Source: Candidatus Egerieisoma sp. (GTDB taxonomy: Bacteria; Bacteroidota; Bacteroidia; Bacteroidales; UBA932). From it: a stretch of DNA of 64,000 nucleotides. Below the pieces are notes generated by a model. That model worked only from the letters and a program-made list of their open reading frames with translations. It made no database searches and was not told the origin of the DNA. Location: assembly GCA_045659725.1 (NCBI GenBank), contig JAZRCK010000011.1, positions 4,296 through 68,295 on the forward strand, written 5' to 3'. This document shows, piece after piece, positions 34,203 to 43,494 of the stretch. Position 1 is the stretch's first letter. Each line of letters begins with the position of its first letter. The position numbers and the translations under genes were made by a program.

Positions 34203-37200
34203 GTTTACCATATCTGCATATTTTTTTGAAAGTTCACTCTGATTGTTCTTCTCAAATATATCCGCCACCATATATATGTAGTAAAGGTTGCGCTGCAGAT
34301 CATCTGAAGAGAGATATCCGCCCATGTACTCTGTACCGAACAGGGCAATGGCCTCCTCGCACTCAAGGACAAACTCATCTGCAAGTTTCTCTGCCTTGCC
34401 AATCTCACCCACAGCCACATATACGCTTATTGCATCCATAACCGTGCGCTCTGTTAGTGACGATATTACAGATGTGTTGAGCGGGAATGTAGAGACAGGC
34501 ATCACACTCTGCATCTTGTCAAGCACCTCAACGGCCTTTTGTGTCTCACCTTTTGCAACAAGCCATTTGGCACAATTGGTCATGATCTCCCTTGGAGAAC
34601 ACAAATTGTTGAATGTAAGAAGGTTCTGATAATCAACATGCATTGTTGTATCGGCAAAACTCTCCCACTTGTAGGTATTCATAATCCTATCATACAGCCT
34701 TGGATCAACCTGTGAGGTAATGTCACCTGCCGATACTTTGGTTGCAAACGGCACAAACTTGTAAGCATATCCATCATACTGGAGATACTCCTTTATTCCA
34801 ATGTTCACATCTCCGCCCTGCTGCAGGAAGTATACAGGTCTCTCCCACTCATAATTGCATATCATATCAAGAATAAGGAGATCTGTCTTGCTCAAATATC
34901 CGTGATCCTGAAGTTTGAGTACAATTGTATCCTGAACCTTGTCCATATCCTCAGGCGCCACAATGCCATATTTGACAACATTCTCCCTGTTCACAGGAAT
35001 TGCAATATTTGACGCTGCTATATAGTCATGATTCTTACCGTCATTCATCGGGAGTACAATCTTTGGATTCCTGAAGATCTCCATCACCTGTTTGCCCAGT
35101 ACCGGCTCACCGTTAAACCTGTCATAAACCTGCACAAAGTCATTTGTTCCGTACAGATACTGGTGGCGCGGGATGGTGAACTTCACAGGATCAGACTCAT
35201 AGGTTCTGTTCTGCATCTGGTCTATATACCAGTCAGTTCCCATCAGCGATGTATTCATTATCCTTACATCTGTACGCACACCCTCAACCTCCTGAATGTA
35301 CCACAACGGGAATGTATCATTGTCTCCATGAGTTACAATTATTGCATTAGGGTCCAATGTGTTCAGATAGTTGGTAGAGAGATCCCTTACGGTATATCTG
35401 CCGCTGCGGTCGTGGTCATCCCAGTTCTCGCACGCCATCTGCACAGGTACAAGGACACATGCCACTGCAGCCACTGCTCCGGCCACCTGCCTGCTCTTTA
35501 GGGTCTTCTCCAACAGCTCTGCCATCCACATCACTGCCAGACCTATCCATATTGTAAATACATAGAATGAACCGGCATACGCATAGTCACGCTCGCGCGG
35601 CTGCATAGGAGGCTGGTTGAGGTAAACCACAATTGCAATACCTGTAAGGATGAAAAGCAACATTGTAACCACCCAATTCTGCTTGTCCTTCTTAAGCTGG
35701 TAGAACAAACCCAAAAGTCCAAGGATCAGCGGCAAGAAATAATAGTGGTTCTTTGCCTTACTGTTTACTATATAATCCGGTCCTACACTCTGGTCTCCAA
35801 GCCTCATCTTGTCTATGAAACCTATTCCGCTCTCCCAATTGCCCTTTATCTTGTCTCCGGGAACGGTAGCATGAAGGTCATTCTGCCTGCCCACAAAGTT
35901 CCACATAAAGTATCTCAAATACATGAAATCAACCTGGTAATCAAAGAAGTACTCCAAGTTGTCCTTCATATAAGGGAACTTGTACTTTGCACCCGGAACA
36001 CTCTTTCCTTTCCCCTCGGTATACATCTGATAAAAAGGGACATAATTGTCGCCCGATCCCGACTGCCACATTCTGGTAAAGACCATTTTCTGATTTGCCG
36101 GATACACGGGTACTGCAGGGGCATCCACCTTAACATATTTGCCGTCGAGAATATTATAATATTGGTCTGTCTTCACATCATCATACTGCGATGCAAATGT
36201 CTCACCATATATAAGGGGATTGCTGCCGTACTGTTCACGTCCTATGTACCTTACCAGGGTGAACATATTGTCGGGCTGATACTCGTTGGTAGGGGTATTT
36301 GCACATGAACGGATAACCACCACAGCAAAAGTTGAATAGCCCACCACAATCAGGGTTCCACATAGGATAATGGTGTTGAGCAACACCTTTTTGTGCCTGT
36401 AGGTATAGTAAATGCCCCAGAATCCCGCAGCAATCACACCCAGCACAAAAATCACTGCTCCCACATTCATAGGAAGCCCCATAACATTCACAAACATAAG
36501 GTCTACATATGCGGCAGCCTTAGGAAGATAAGGGATTATACCATATAGGATTGATGCCAGTATTACTCCCGACAGCAACAGAACCTTCACCACACCTTTC
36601 CTTGTAACCTCATATTTCTTGTAATAATAGATGAATACAAGGGCTGGAATTGTTAGAAGGTTAAGCAGATGCACTCCAATTGAGATACCCATAAGGAATG
36701 CAATGAGGGCAATCCACCTGTTTGCATAAGGCATATCGCTCTCCTCTTCCCATTTGAGCATAGCCCAGAAAACCACTGCAGTAAACAGCGACGACATTGC
36801 ATAAACTTCAGCCTCAACAGCCGAGAACCAGAAAGTATCGGAGAATGTGTATGCCAAAGCACCCACCACACCGGCTCCGAACACTGCAATTGCAGAAGGG
36901 GTATCAAGCGCCCCCCTGTTCTTCTCCACAATCCTCCTTCCAAGATGCACAATGGTAAGATACAGGAAGTAGATTGTAAACGCAGAACACATGGCACTCA
37001 TCACGTTAACCCACATTGCCGCATCCTCAGGCCCTCCAAACAGGGTAAAGAATCTGGCTATCAGCTGAAAAACAGGGTTTCCAGGAGGGTGTCCCACCTC
37101 AAGTTTATAAGATGATGCAATAAACTCTCCGCAATCCCAGAAGCTTACAGTAGGCTCTATGGTAGAGAGATAGGTAAAAGATGCAATGAACAATACCACT

Positions 37201-37244
37201 ATAGAAATGATGTTGTTCATCCTGGTAAATTTCCTTAACTCCAT
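34188..37244 (-). CDS. DUF2723-family membrane protein (glycosyltransferase-C-like N-terminus, TPR-like C-terminus)
   Basis: SFWDCGEFIASSYKLEVGHPPGNPVFQLIARFF is a DUF2723 signature. About 11 TM helices then a large soluble domain. An alternative start is ATG 37220. Confidence 0.85.
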   Translation of the reverse strand: MELRKFTRMNNIISIVVLFIASFTYLSTIEPTVSFWDCGEFIASSYKLEVGHPPGNPVFQLIARFFTLFGGPEDAAMWVNVMSAMCSAFTIYFLYLTIVHLGRRIVEKNRGALDTPSAIAVFGAGVVGALAYTFSDTFWFSAVEAEVYAMSSLFTAVVFWAMLKWEEESDMPYANRWIALIAFLMGISIGVHLLNLLTIPALVFIYYYKKYEVTRKGVVKVLLLSGVILASILYGIIPYLPKAAAYVDLMFVNVMGLPMNVGAVIFVLGVIAAGFWGIYYTYRHKKVLLNTIILCGTLIVVGYSTFAVVVIRSCANTPTNEYQPDNMFTLVRYIGREQYGSNPLIYGETFASQYDDVKTDQYYNILDGKYVKVDAPAVPVYPANQKMVFTRMWQSGSGDNYVPFYQMYTEGKGKSVPGAKYKFPYMKDNLEYFFDYQVDFMYLRYFMWNFVGRQNDLHATVPGDKIKGNWESGIGFIDKMRLGDQSVGPDYIVNSKAKNHYYFLPLILGLLGLFYQLKKDKQNWVVTMLLFILTGIAIVVYLNQPPMQPRERDYAYAGSFYVFTIWIGLAVMWMAELLEKTLKSRQVAGAVAAVACVLVPVQMACENWDDHDRSGRYTVRDLSTNYLNTLDPNAIIVTHGDNDTFPLWYIQEVEGVRTDVRIMNTSLMGTDWYIDQMQNRTYESDPVKFTIPRHQYLYGTNDFVQVYDRFNGEPVLGKQVMEIFRNPKIVLPMNDGKNHDYIAASNIAIPVNRENVVKYGIVAPEDMDKVQDTIVLKLQDHGYLSKTDLLILDMICNYEWERPVYFLQQGGDVNIGIKEYLQYDGYAYKFVPFATKVSAGDITSQVDPRLYDRIMNTYKWESFADTTMHVDYQNLLTFNNLCSPREIMTNCAKWLVAKGETQKAVEVLDKMQSVMPVSTFPLNTSVISSLTERTVMDAISVYVAVGEIGKAEKLADEFVLECEEAIALFGTEYMGGYLSSDDLQRNLYYIYMVADIFEKNNQSELSKKYADMVNSYLQ

Positions 37245-37320
37245 ATATAATTCAAAAATTTCCTGTTAAAACTACAAATGTACTAACTTTGCAGCAAAAT
37301 CCGTGCAACTATTATTCAAT

Positions 37321-37665
37321 ATGGCAAACAACGATTGGAAAAGCAGACTTGGAATGGTCTATTCTACAAACCCCGACTTTCAGTTTGAAGAGGAAGATAC
37401 TGTGGAGCAGGATACTCTTGCCCCTAAAGACCAGAAACTTATTGTAGCTATAGACAGGAAAGGGAGAGGCGGCAAACAGGTAACCGTTGTAACTGGCTTT
37501 ATAGGCAAAACCGATGACCTTGAGGCGCTTGGCAAAACATTGAAGACCAAATGCGGAGTAGGCGGTTCCGTTAAGGATGGGGAGATTCTCATCCAGGGTG
37601 ACCAGCGCGACAAAATTACGACAATCCTTACCGGCCTGGGGTATAAAGCAAAAAGGGGCAACTAG
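37321..37665 (+). CDS. SUI1/YciH-type translation initiation factor
   Basis: The track start 37303 is a GTG, and ATG 37321 gives MANNDWKSRLGMVYSTNPDF...RKGRGGKQVTVVTGF...CGVGGSVKDGEILIQGDQRDKI. Confidence 0.85.
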   Translation: MANNDWKSRLGMVYSTNPDFQFEEEDTVEQDTLAPKDQKLIVAIDRKGRGGKQVTVVTGFIGKTDDLEALGKTLKTKCGVGGSVKDGEILIQGDQRDKITTILTGLGYKAKRGN

Positions 37666-37670
37666 CAACA

Positions 37671-38408
37671 ATGCATATCCTGCAATCCTTCTCACGTCCC
37701 ATACAGGAGCTATGGAGAGAGAGCTACATTGCTCTGGGCGAGGTAGAGATACCTGCGGCAACAACTGCAGGTGACCCTTTTCGCGACATTACCAACCTCT
37801 TGGTAATTACCGTGCTTGTAGCACTCCTGTTGGCAGGATACAGACGTATCCTGGAAGGCATTACCCTTGTTGGCAGGGCAATGACAGGCAACAAAAAGCT
37901 GATGGAAATTGAAAGCCAGTCAAACCTTCAGGTATGCCGCAACACGCTGTTCCAGTTCCTTACAATTTTCAGTTCATTCATTTTTGCCAACATTGCCTAT
38001 GTCACCAATATAATTGGGAGCAACTATACCCTGCCTGTAAGGTTCCTGGGCATATTGGGTTTCATCACCCTGTTTTTCCTGTTCAGAAGAGTGGCATTGC
38101 AGTTCCTGTGCTGGGTAAACATCACCTCCGTTTTCAAACTGGTGCGAAAAATCAGCCTCACTTACGCCTGCGCATGGTATATAATTGTACTTTTTTGCTT
38201 TTTTGTAATAAAATCCATCCCTTCAGTACCAATGGAATATATGCGTTACTGCGTCATTTTCAGCCTATTGCCAATAATGGCATTATACTTTTTTTCAATT
38301 TTTCGCATTTTTATATCAAAAGGATTTTCTCCTTTTTTCTATATTTTGTACCTTTGCACCCTTGAAATTTTACCCATATTGGTGCTAATGTACCTCAATT
38401 TCAGTTAG
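37671..38408 (+). CDS. DUF4271-type membrane protein
   Basis: About 6 hydrophobic helices. The position immediately upstream of the uroporphyrinogen-III synthase-like gene is the usual Bacteroidota pairing. Confidence 0.7.
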   Translation: MHILQSFSRPIQELWRESYIALGEVEIPAATTAGDPFRDITNLLVITVLVALLLAGYRRILEGITLVGRAMTGNKKLMEIESQSNLQVCRNTLFQFLTIFSSFIFANIAYVTNIIGSNYTLPVRFLGILGFITLFFLFRRVALQFLCWVNITSVFKLVRKISLTYACAWYIIVLFCFFVIKSIPSVPMEYMRYCVIFSLLPIMALYFFSIFRIFISKGFSPFFYILYLCTLEILPILVLMYLNFS

Positions 38409-38414
38409 TTAGAT

Positions 38415-39161
38415 ATGAAAATCTCAAATATATTAATTTCACAGCCGGCACCTCAGACCAGCAACCCGTACACTGATCTGATTACAAAACACAAGGTAAA
38501 TATTGATTTTCTTCCATTTTTTAAGGTGGAACCGCTGAACGCAAAAGAGTTCAGGGCACAAAAAATCAACATCCTTGACTTTACTGCCATTGTCTTTACA
38601 GCAAAGACAACAATTGATGCATTCTTCAAACTATGCGAAGAATTGAGGATAACAGTACCGGAGACAATGAAGTATTTCTGCAACTCTGAAGCAACTGCTG
38701 TATACCTGCAGAAACACATTGTATTCCGCAAAAGAAAAATCTTCTACGGAAACGGCACCACCGCTTCAATAATTGACACTATAGGAAGCAAGCACAAAGA
38801 GGAGAAATTCCTTATTGCCGCAACTGCCGACAACCTTAAAGGGGATTTGCACAAGCTGTTCTCAAAGACCAAGTTCAAATTTGAGAGTGCAGCTTTTGTA
38901 AAAACCATTTACTCAGACCTTAAGGAAATTGACCTTTCAAAATACCAGATTGCGGTATTCTACAGCCCTTCCGATGTAAAGTCGCTGCTTGAGAACTTCC
39001 CTGGATTCCAGCAGAACGGACTTCAGATTGCCACATTCGGTCCTGCAGCAGCAAAAGCTGTAACAGCAGCTGGCCTCAATGCAGACATCACTGCACCTAC
39101 ACCGGAAGCACCTTCAATTGCAAAAGCACTTATGTTGCATTTGCAGAAAGAGAACAAATAA
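38415..39161 (+). CDS. hemD: uroporphyrinogen-III synthase (HemD-like)
   Basis: ILISQPAPQTSNPYTDLITKHKVNIDFLPFFKVEP...FTAIVFTAKTTIDAFF has the HEM4-family pattern. Confidence 0.75.
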   Translation: MKISNILISQPAPQTSNPYTDLITKHKVNIDFLPFFKVEPLNAKEFRAQKINILDFTAIVFTAKTTIDAFFKLCEELRITVPETMKYFCNSEATAVYLQKHIVFRKRKIFYGNGTTASIIDTIGSKHKEEKFLIAATADNLKGDLHKLFSKTKFKFESAAFVKTIYSDLKEIDLSKYQIAVFYSPSDVKSLLENFPGFQQNGLQIATFGPAAAKAVTAAGLNADITAPTPEAPSIAKALMLHLQKENK

Positions 39162-39168
39162 GACTGTC

Positions 39169-39588
39169 ATGCCTGCCTCATTCACCAAAAATGAGCGATT
39201 GTGCTCATTCAGCGAGATACAGTCACTTATGAAAAAAGGGGAGACATTTTTCCACTACCCCTTTAAAGTGGTGTACCAGAACATTGCAAATGAGGATGGC
39301 ATCCTTCAGCCTAATGCTGTAATGGTTTCTGTTCCAAAAAGGAACTTCAAGAGAGCTGTAAAAAGGAACCTTCTTAAAAGAAGAATACGCGAAAGCTACA
39401 GATTGAACAAAGAGATATTGGCCGCTCCTCAAGGATGCAGGACCAATATCCTTTTTGTTTATGTATCCAAGGATATTAAGGAGTACAACTATATTGAGCA
39501 CAAAATAAAGGAAGTACTGGCACTTGTTTCTCAAGGCAAGACCAAAGGAGATAAAAAAGATGGAGCAAAAGAAGAAGGCAATTCTTAA
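39169..39588 (+). CDS. rnpA: ribonuclease P protein component
   Basis: Track ORF trimmed to ATG 39169. [32 protein letters not shown]...[24 protein letters not shown] contains the RNR motif region. Confidence 0.85.
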   Translation: MPASFTKNERLCSFSEIQSLMKKGETFFHYPFKVVYQNIANEDGILQPNAVMVSVPKRNFKRAVKRNLLKRRIRESYRLNKEILAAPQGCRTNILFVYVSKDIKEYNYIEHKIKEVLALVSQGKTKGDKKDGAKEEGNS

Positions 39589-39805
39589 GGAGATTCTCTC
39601 TTTCCCGTTCATTCTGTTGGTAAGGTTTTACCAGACATGCATCTCCCCCCTAAAACCGGCATGCTGCCGTTTCACCCCCACCTGTTCTGCATACGCAATT
39701 GAAGCACTGCGCAAGCATGGCCCTTTCAAAGGACTCTACCTTACCATAAAAAGAATACTCCGCTGCCACCCGTGGGGCGGAAGCGGATATGATCCTGTTC
39801 CTTAA
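39560..39805 (+). CDS. yidD: membrane protein insertion efficiency factor YidD
   Basis: [54 protein letters not shown] is canonical YidD. It overlaps the rnpA 3' end by 29 nt. Confidence 0.85.
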   Translation: MEQKKKAILKEILSFPFILLVRFYQTCISPLKPACCRFTPTCSAYAIEALRKHGPFKGLYLTIKRILRCHPWGGSGYDPVP

Positions 39806-39816
39806 AATTTCCGGAA

Positions 39817-41607
39817 TTACTCTATACCGAACCTGCTGTAAAGCTGCTCCTTATTGTCAAACTCCTTGGATAGGGCATCTATCTCACCCTTAGGAATCTC
39901 AAGCACATCAACCATAATGAGGCCATCCACACAGTAGTTGAAATCCGGATCAACATTAAACGCCAATATCCTGGCATTCAATTTTATATACTTTTTAAGA
40001 AGTGGCGGCAACCTGTAACTGCCGTTGCTGAGTTTGAACATGAAGCGGTCGAACCTCTCCAGCGAGTCCATCCTTCCCTCCATCAGCTCATCCACATTAA
40101 CCCTATGGTAATCAGGCTCAAACGGCATCTTTGGAGAAACAAATTTCCTCAAATGCGGCAAAGACTGCCTGCTCTCAAGATAATGCACCATCAAACTCCT
40201 GTAGAAATATGGATACCAAGCACTTATACTTACCGGACCAATAAGGTAGCGCACCTGCGGGTTCTTAATGAGGGTATACATGATTCCCTTAATCAATAGC
40301 ATCAGTGCCAACGGATCCTTCTGGCAAGCAGGCACTACAAATGAACGTCCAAGTTCCATAGACTGCGAAAGATGCCCTGCAAAGCCCTTCTTGTATCTGA
40401 ACAAAGTGTTTGAATAGAAACCGTCAATGCCATACTTCTCCATTATTTGGGCACCCATTCCAAACCTGTATGCTCCCACAAGCATCTTCTTCTCCTTGTC
40501 CCACAACACAAGATGTCTGTAATATGAATCATACTTGTCTGTATCAATGCTGCTGTTGGTACCTTCTCCCACTGCCCTGAATGTCTCCTCCCTGCATACA
40601 CCTATCTCATGCATCAAAGAAGGAATATCCTTGGCTTCAGAAAGATAACACTCGTAATTGCCAATCTCAAACAACTTGTCGGGAGCAATGGATGCAATCT
40701 CCTGTTCCAACTTCTCCACATCAATATGAGGGGCTACCGGCTCCTGTGCCACCTGTTTGCCACATGAAATATCCTCACCGTTATGCGCAAAATTTGCCTC
40801 AAGGGCATAAGTCCGGTTCCACAAATGCTTGCCCATCTTGGTCATATCAATGAACTCCTCAAACTCTGCAGGCATAATGGGCTTGCCTATCCTGAAGGAG
40901 ATGGTCTTTCCCTCCTTGTTGAACAGTTCGTAAGGCAACCTTGCAGTTCTCAGATAAGGGTTCACCCTTCCCATAAAATGGAACAGTCTGGAGTTGCCAC
41001 CATCAAAGTACAACGGCACAACCGGCACCTTGGCACTCTTAATGAGTTTAATGATGGAATTCTGCCAGTCAATATCCTTCACCACCCTCTCCTTATTTGC
41101 ATTGGATGACACTTCTCCCGACGGGAACAGCCCCAATGCACCTCCGGCAACCAGATGCTCCTTGGCCATCTTCAATCCCCTGAGGGAGCTTTTCATGCCA
41201 GGACGGTCTGTAAACGGATTCACAGGGAAAAAGTGGTCTTTCAGATTAGGTATATATGAAAGGATAAAATTTGTAAGAATCTTGAGATCAGGTCTTTTCT
41301 TACCCAAGACACTCAACATTATAATGCCGTCAATTGCCCCGAACGGGTGGTTTGAAACAATAATGAACGGCTGGTCTTTGGGAAGATACTCCAATTCGTC
41401 GGGAATATAATCAACCGTCACATTCATGTGCTCTATGAGCTTGTCTGCAAACTCTATTCCCCAATAAGGCTCTATGTGGCTATAGATTTCATTTACCTTC
41501 TCCAGCCCCAATATACGCATAAGGGCAGATGCAAGGAGATTTCCTGCAAACCCTTTTACCTTAATTGCGTTCTTAACTTCAGATTTATTGATTAATTTTG
41601 TACCCAT
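39817..41607 (-). CDS. bifunctional acyltransferase: N-terminal PlsC-like O-acyltransferase plus C-terminal OlsB/GNAT-like N-acyltransferase (OlsF-like aminolipid synthase)
   Basis: IIVSNHPFGAIDG...FPSGEVS in the N-terminal half. The C-terminal half has IGVCREETFRAVGEGTNSSIDTDKYDSYYRHLVLWDKEKKMLVGAYRF, an OlsB-type pattern. Confidence 0.75.
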   Translation of the reverse strand: MGTKLINKSEVKNAIKVKGFAGNLLASALMRILGLEKVNEIYSHIEPYWGIEFADKLIEHMNVTVDYIPDELEYLPKDQPFIIVSNHPFGAIDGIIMLSVLGKKRPDLKILTNFILSYIPNLKDHFFPVNPFTDRPGMKSSLRGLKMAKEHLVAGGALGLFPSGEVSSNANKERVVKDIDWQNSIIKLIKSAKVPVVPLYFDGGNSRLFHFMGRVNPYLRTARLPYELFNKEGKTISFRIGKPIMPAEFEEFIDMTKMGKHLWNRTYALEANFAHNGEDISCGKQVAQEPVAPHIDVEKLEQEIASIAPDKLFEIGNYECYLSEAKDIPSLMHEIGVCREETFRAVGEGTNSSIDTDKYDSYYRHLVLWDKEKKMLVGAYRFGMGAQIMEKYGIDGFYSNTLFRYKKGFAGHLSQSMELGRSFVVPACQKDPLALMLLIKGIMYTLIKNPQVRYLIGPVSISAWYPYFYRSLMVHYLESRQSLPHLRKFVSPKMPFEPDYHRVNVDELMEGRMDSLERFDRFMFKLSNGSYRLPPLLKKYIKLNARILAFNVDPDFNYCVDGLIMVDVLEIPKGEIDALSKEFDNKEQLYSRFGIE

Positions 41608-41655
41608 CGTATAGTCACATTAAATACAAAGATAGGAAAAAAATCCATAGGAGAG

Positions 41656-43494
41656 ATGACGCTAAAGGAGAAAATATCAATTCTGCCGCTGGAGCCCGGA
41701 GTATACCGTTTTTTGGATGCTTCAGGAACCGTCATCTACATTGGAAAGGCCAAGAGCCTGCGCAAAAGGGTACAGCAATATTTTGTAAAGGAGGAGAACC
41801 TAACGGCAAAGACCAGGGTGCTGGTTTCCAAAATTGCAGATGTGCAGCACACCGTAGTTGAAAGCGAGCAGGATGCACTGCTGCTGGAGAACAATCTCAT
41901 AAAACAGTCCCAGCCCAAATACAACATTCACCTCAAGGACGGAAAGAGTTACCCGTGGATATGCATAAAGAACGAGCCGTTCCCAAGGATTTTCCTTACC
42001 AGGCGCTTTGTACGTGACGGGTCGCAGTACTTTGGACCATACAGTTCCGTGCAGCATGCCCACAACCTTATGGACCTTATCAACTCCCTTTTCAAGCTCC
42101 GCAACTGCAAGCTGGCACTGAACCTTCCCGCTATAGGGAGCGGCAAGTTCAAGCCATGCCTGAATATTCACATAAAGAAATGTTTCGGACCTTGCGTGGG
42201 TGAGATTTCGGAGCAGGAATACAATGCCCAGATACAGGGAATAAGGGATATCCTGCGCGGAAACACCGGTGAACTCATAAGGGAATACCGCAAAAAGATG
42301 CAGGAGATGGCCGCAGCCCTGGAATTTGAGAAGGCACAGGAGTACAAGGAAAAGATAGACCTGCTGCAGAACCACTACAGCAAATCGCTCATTGTACACC
42401 CCAGCATCACCAACACGGATGTCTTCTCAATGGTATTTGAGAAAGGCAACGCATTCGGCAACTTCTTCAGGCTCAGCGGAGGATGCATCATCCAGGCCCT
42501 CAACCTCCACTTCAAACTCAACATTGAGGAGGAGAAGGAAACCGTACTCACCCGCTTTATGCAGGAGATCTACAACATCATCCAAAAAGACCGCCACACC
42601 CCTGTAGAAGAGATACTTGTACCTTTTCTTCCCGACAACCTCTCATTTGGAAAGTTCATCCACACACCGCTTAAGGGCGACAAGCTGAACCTTCTTGAAC
42701 TGTGTACCAAAAATGCCAAGGCATTCATGTTCCAACAGATGAAACAGGAGGAGATAAAGGATCCTGAAGAGGGAAAGAACCGTGCCCTGCTGGCCCTGAA
42801 AGAGGCTCTGCACATGGAAAGGCTCCCTATGCACATAGAGTGCTTTGACAACTCCAACACTCAGGGAACCAATCCGGTAGCCGCATGCGTAGTATTCAGA
42901 AACGGCAAACCGAGCAAGCGTGACTACCGCCACTTCAACATAAAGACTGTGGTTGGAGCCAACGACTATGCCTCAATGTACGAAGTTGTACACCGCCGCT
43001 ACAGCAGAATTATTGAAGAGGGTGGCGAAATGCCACAGCTTATCCTTATAGACGGAGGGCGCGGACAGCTCCACTTTGCCTACGACGCCTTGAGCAACCT
43101 TGGGCTGCTGAGCGACCGTCCGGGCAATCCGCCGCATCCCAACTTCCAGAAATACGGACATATAGAGGTGATAAGCATTGCCGAGAGACTTGAGGAGATA
43201 ATGGTTCCGGATGATCCCACACCTCTTTTTCTCGACAAGAACTCCCCTGCCCTCAAATTGCTCATGCACCTGAGGGATGAGGCCCACCGCTTTGGAATAA
43301 CCCATCACAGGGAGAAGCGCACCAAGAACCAGATTACCTCAACCCTGCTTCAGATTAAAGGGGTTGGAGAGGCTACACAACAGAAACTCCTCCAGCACTT
43401 CAAGAGCGTAAAGAGGCTCAAAGCCGCCACTTTGGAGGAGATTGAGGCAGTTGTGGGTAAAAGTATGGCCAGAAAGGTTAAAGAAGGTCTGTAG
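41656..43494 (+). CDS. uvrC: excinuclease ABC subunit C
   Basis: GIY-YIG start PGVYRFLDASGTVIYIGKAKSLRKRV, UVR domain, and C-terminal HhH IKGVGEATQQKLLQHF. Confidence 0.95.
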   Translation: MTLKEKISILPLEPGVYRFLDASGTVIYIGKAKSLRKRVQQYFVKEENLTAKTRVLVSKIADVQHTVVESEQDALLLENNLIKQSQPKYNIHLKDGKSYPWICIKNEPFPRIFLTRRFVRDGSQYFGPYSSVQHAHNLMDLINSLFKLRNCKLALNLPAIGSGKFKPCLNIHIKKCFGPCVGEISEQEYNAQIQGIRDILRGNTGELIREYRKKMQEMAAALEFEKAQEYKEKIDLLQNHYSKSLIVHPSITNTDVFSMVFEKGNAFGNFFRLSGGCIIQALNLHFKLNIEEEKETVLTRFMQEIYNIIQKDRHTPVEEILVPFLPDNLSFGKFIHTPLKGDKLNLLELCTKNAKAFMFQQMKQEEIKDPEEGKNRALLALKEALHMERLPMHIECFDNSNTQGTNPVAACVVFRNGKPSKRDYRHFNIKTVVGANDYASMYEVVHRRYSRIIEEGGEMPQLILIDGGRGQLHFAYDALSNLGLLSDRPGNPPHPNFQKYGHIEVISIAERLEEIMVPDDPTPLFLDKNSPALKLLMHLRDEAHRFGITHHREKRTKNQITSTLLQIKGVGEATQQKLLQHFKSVKRLKAATLEEIEAVVGKSMARKVKEGL

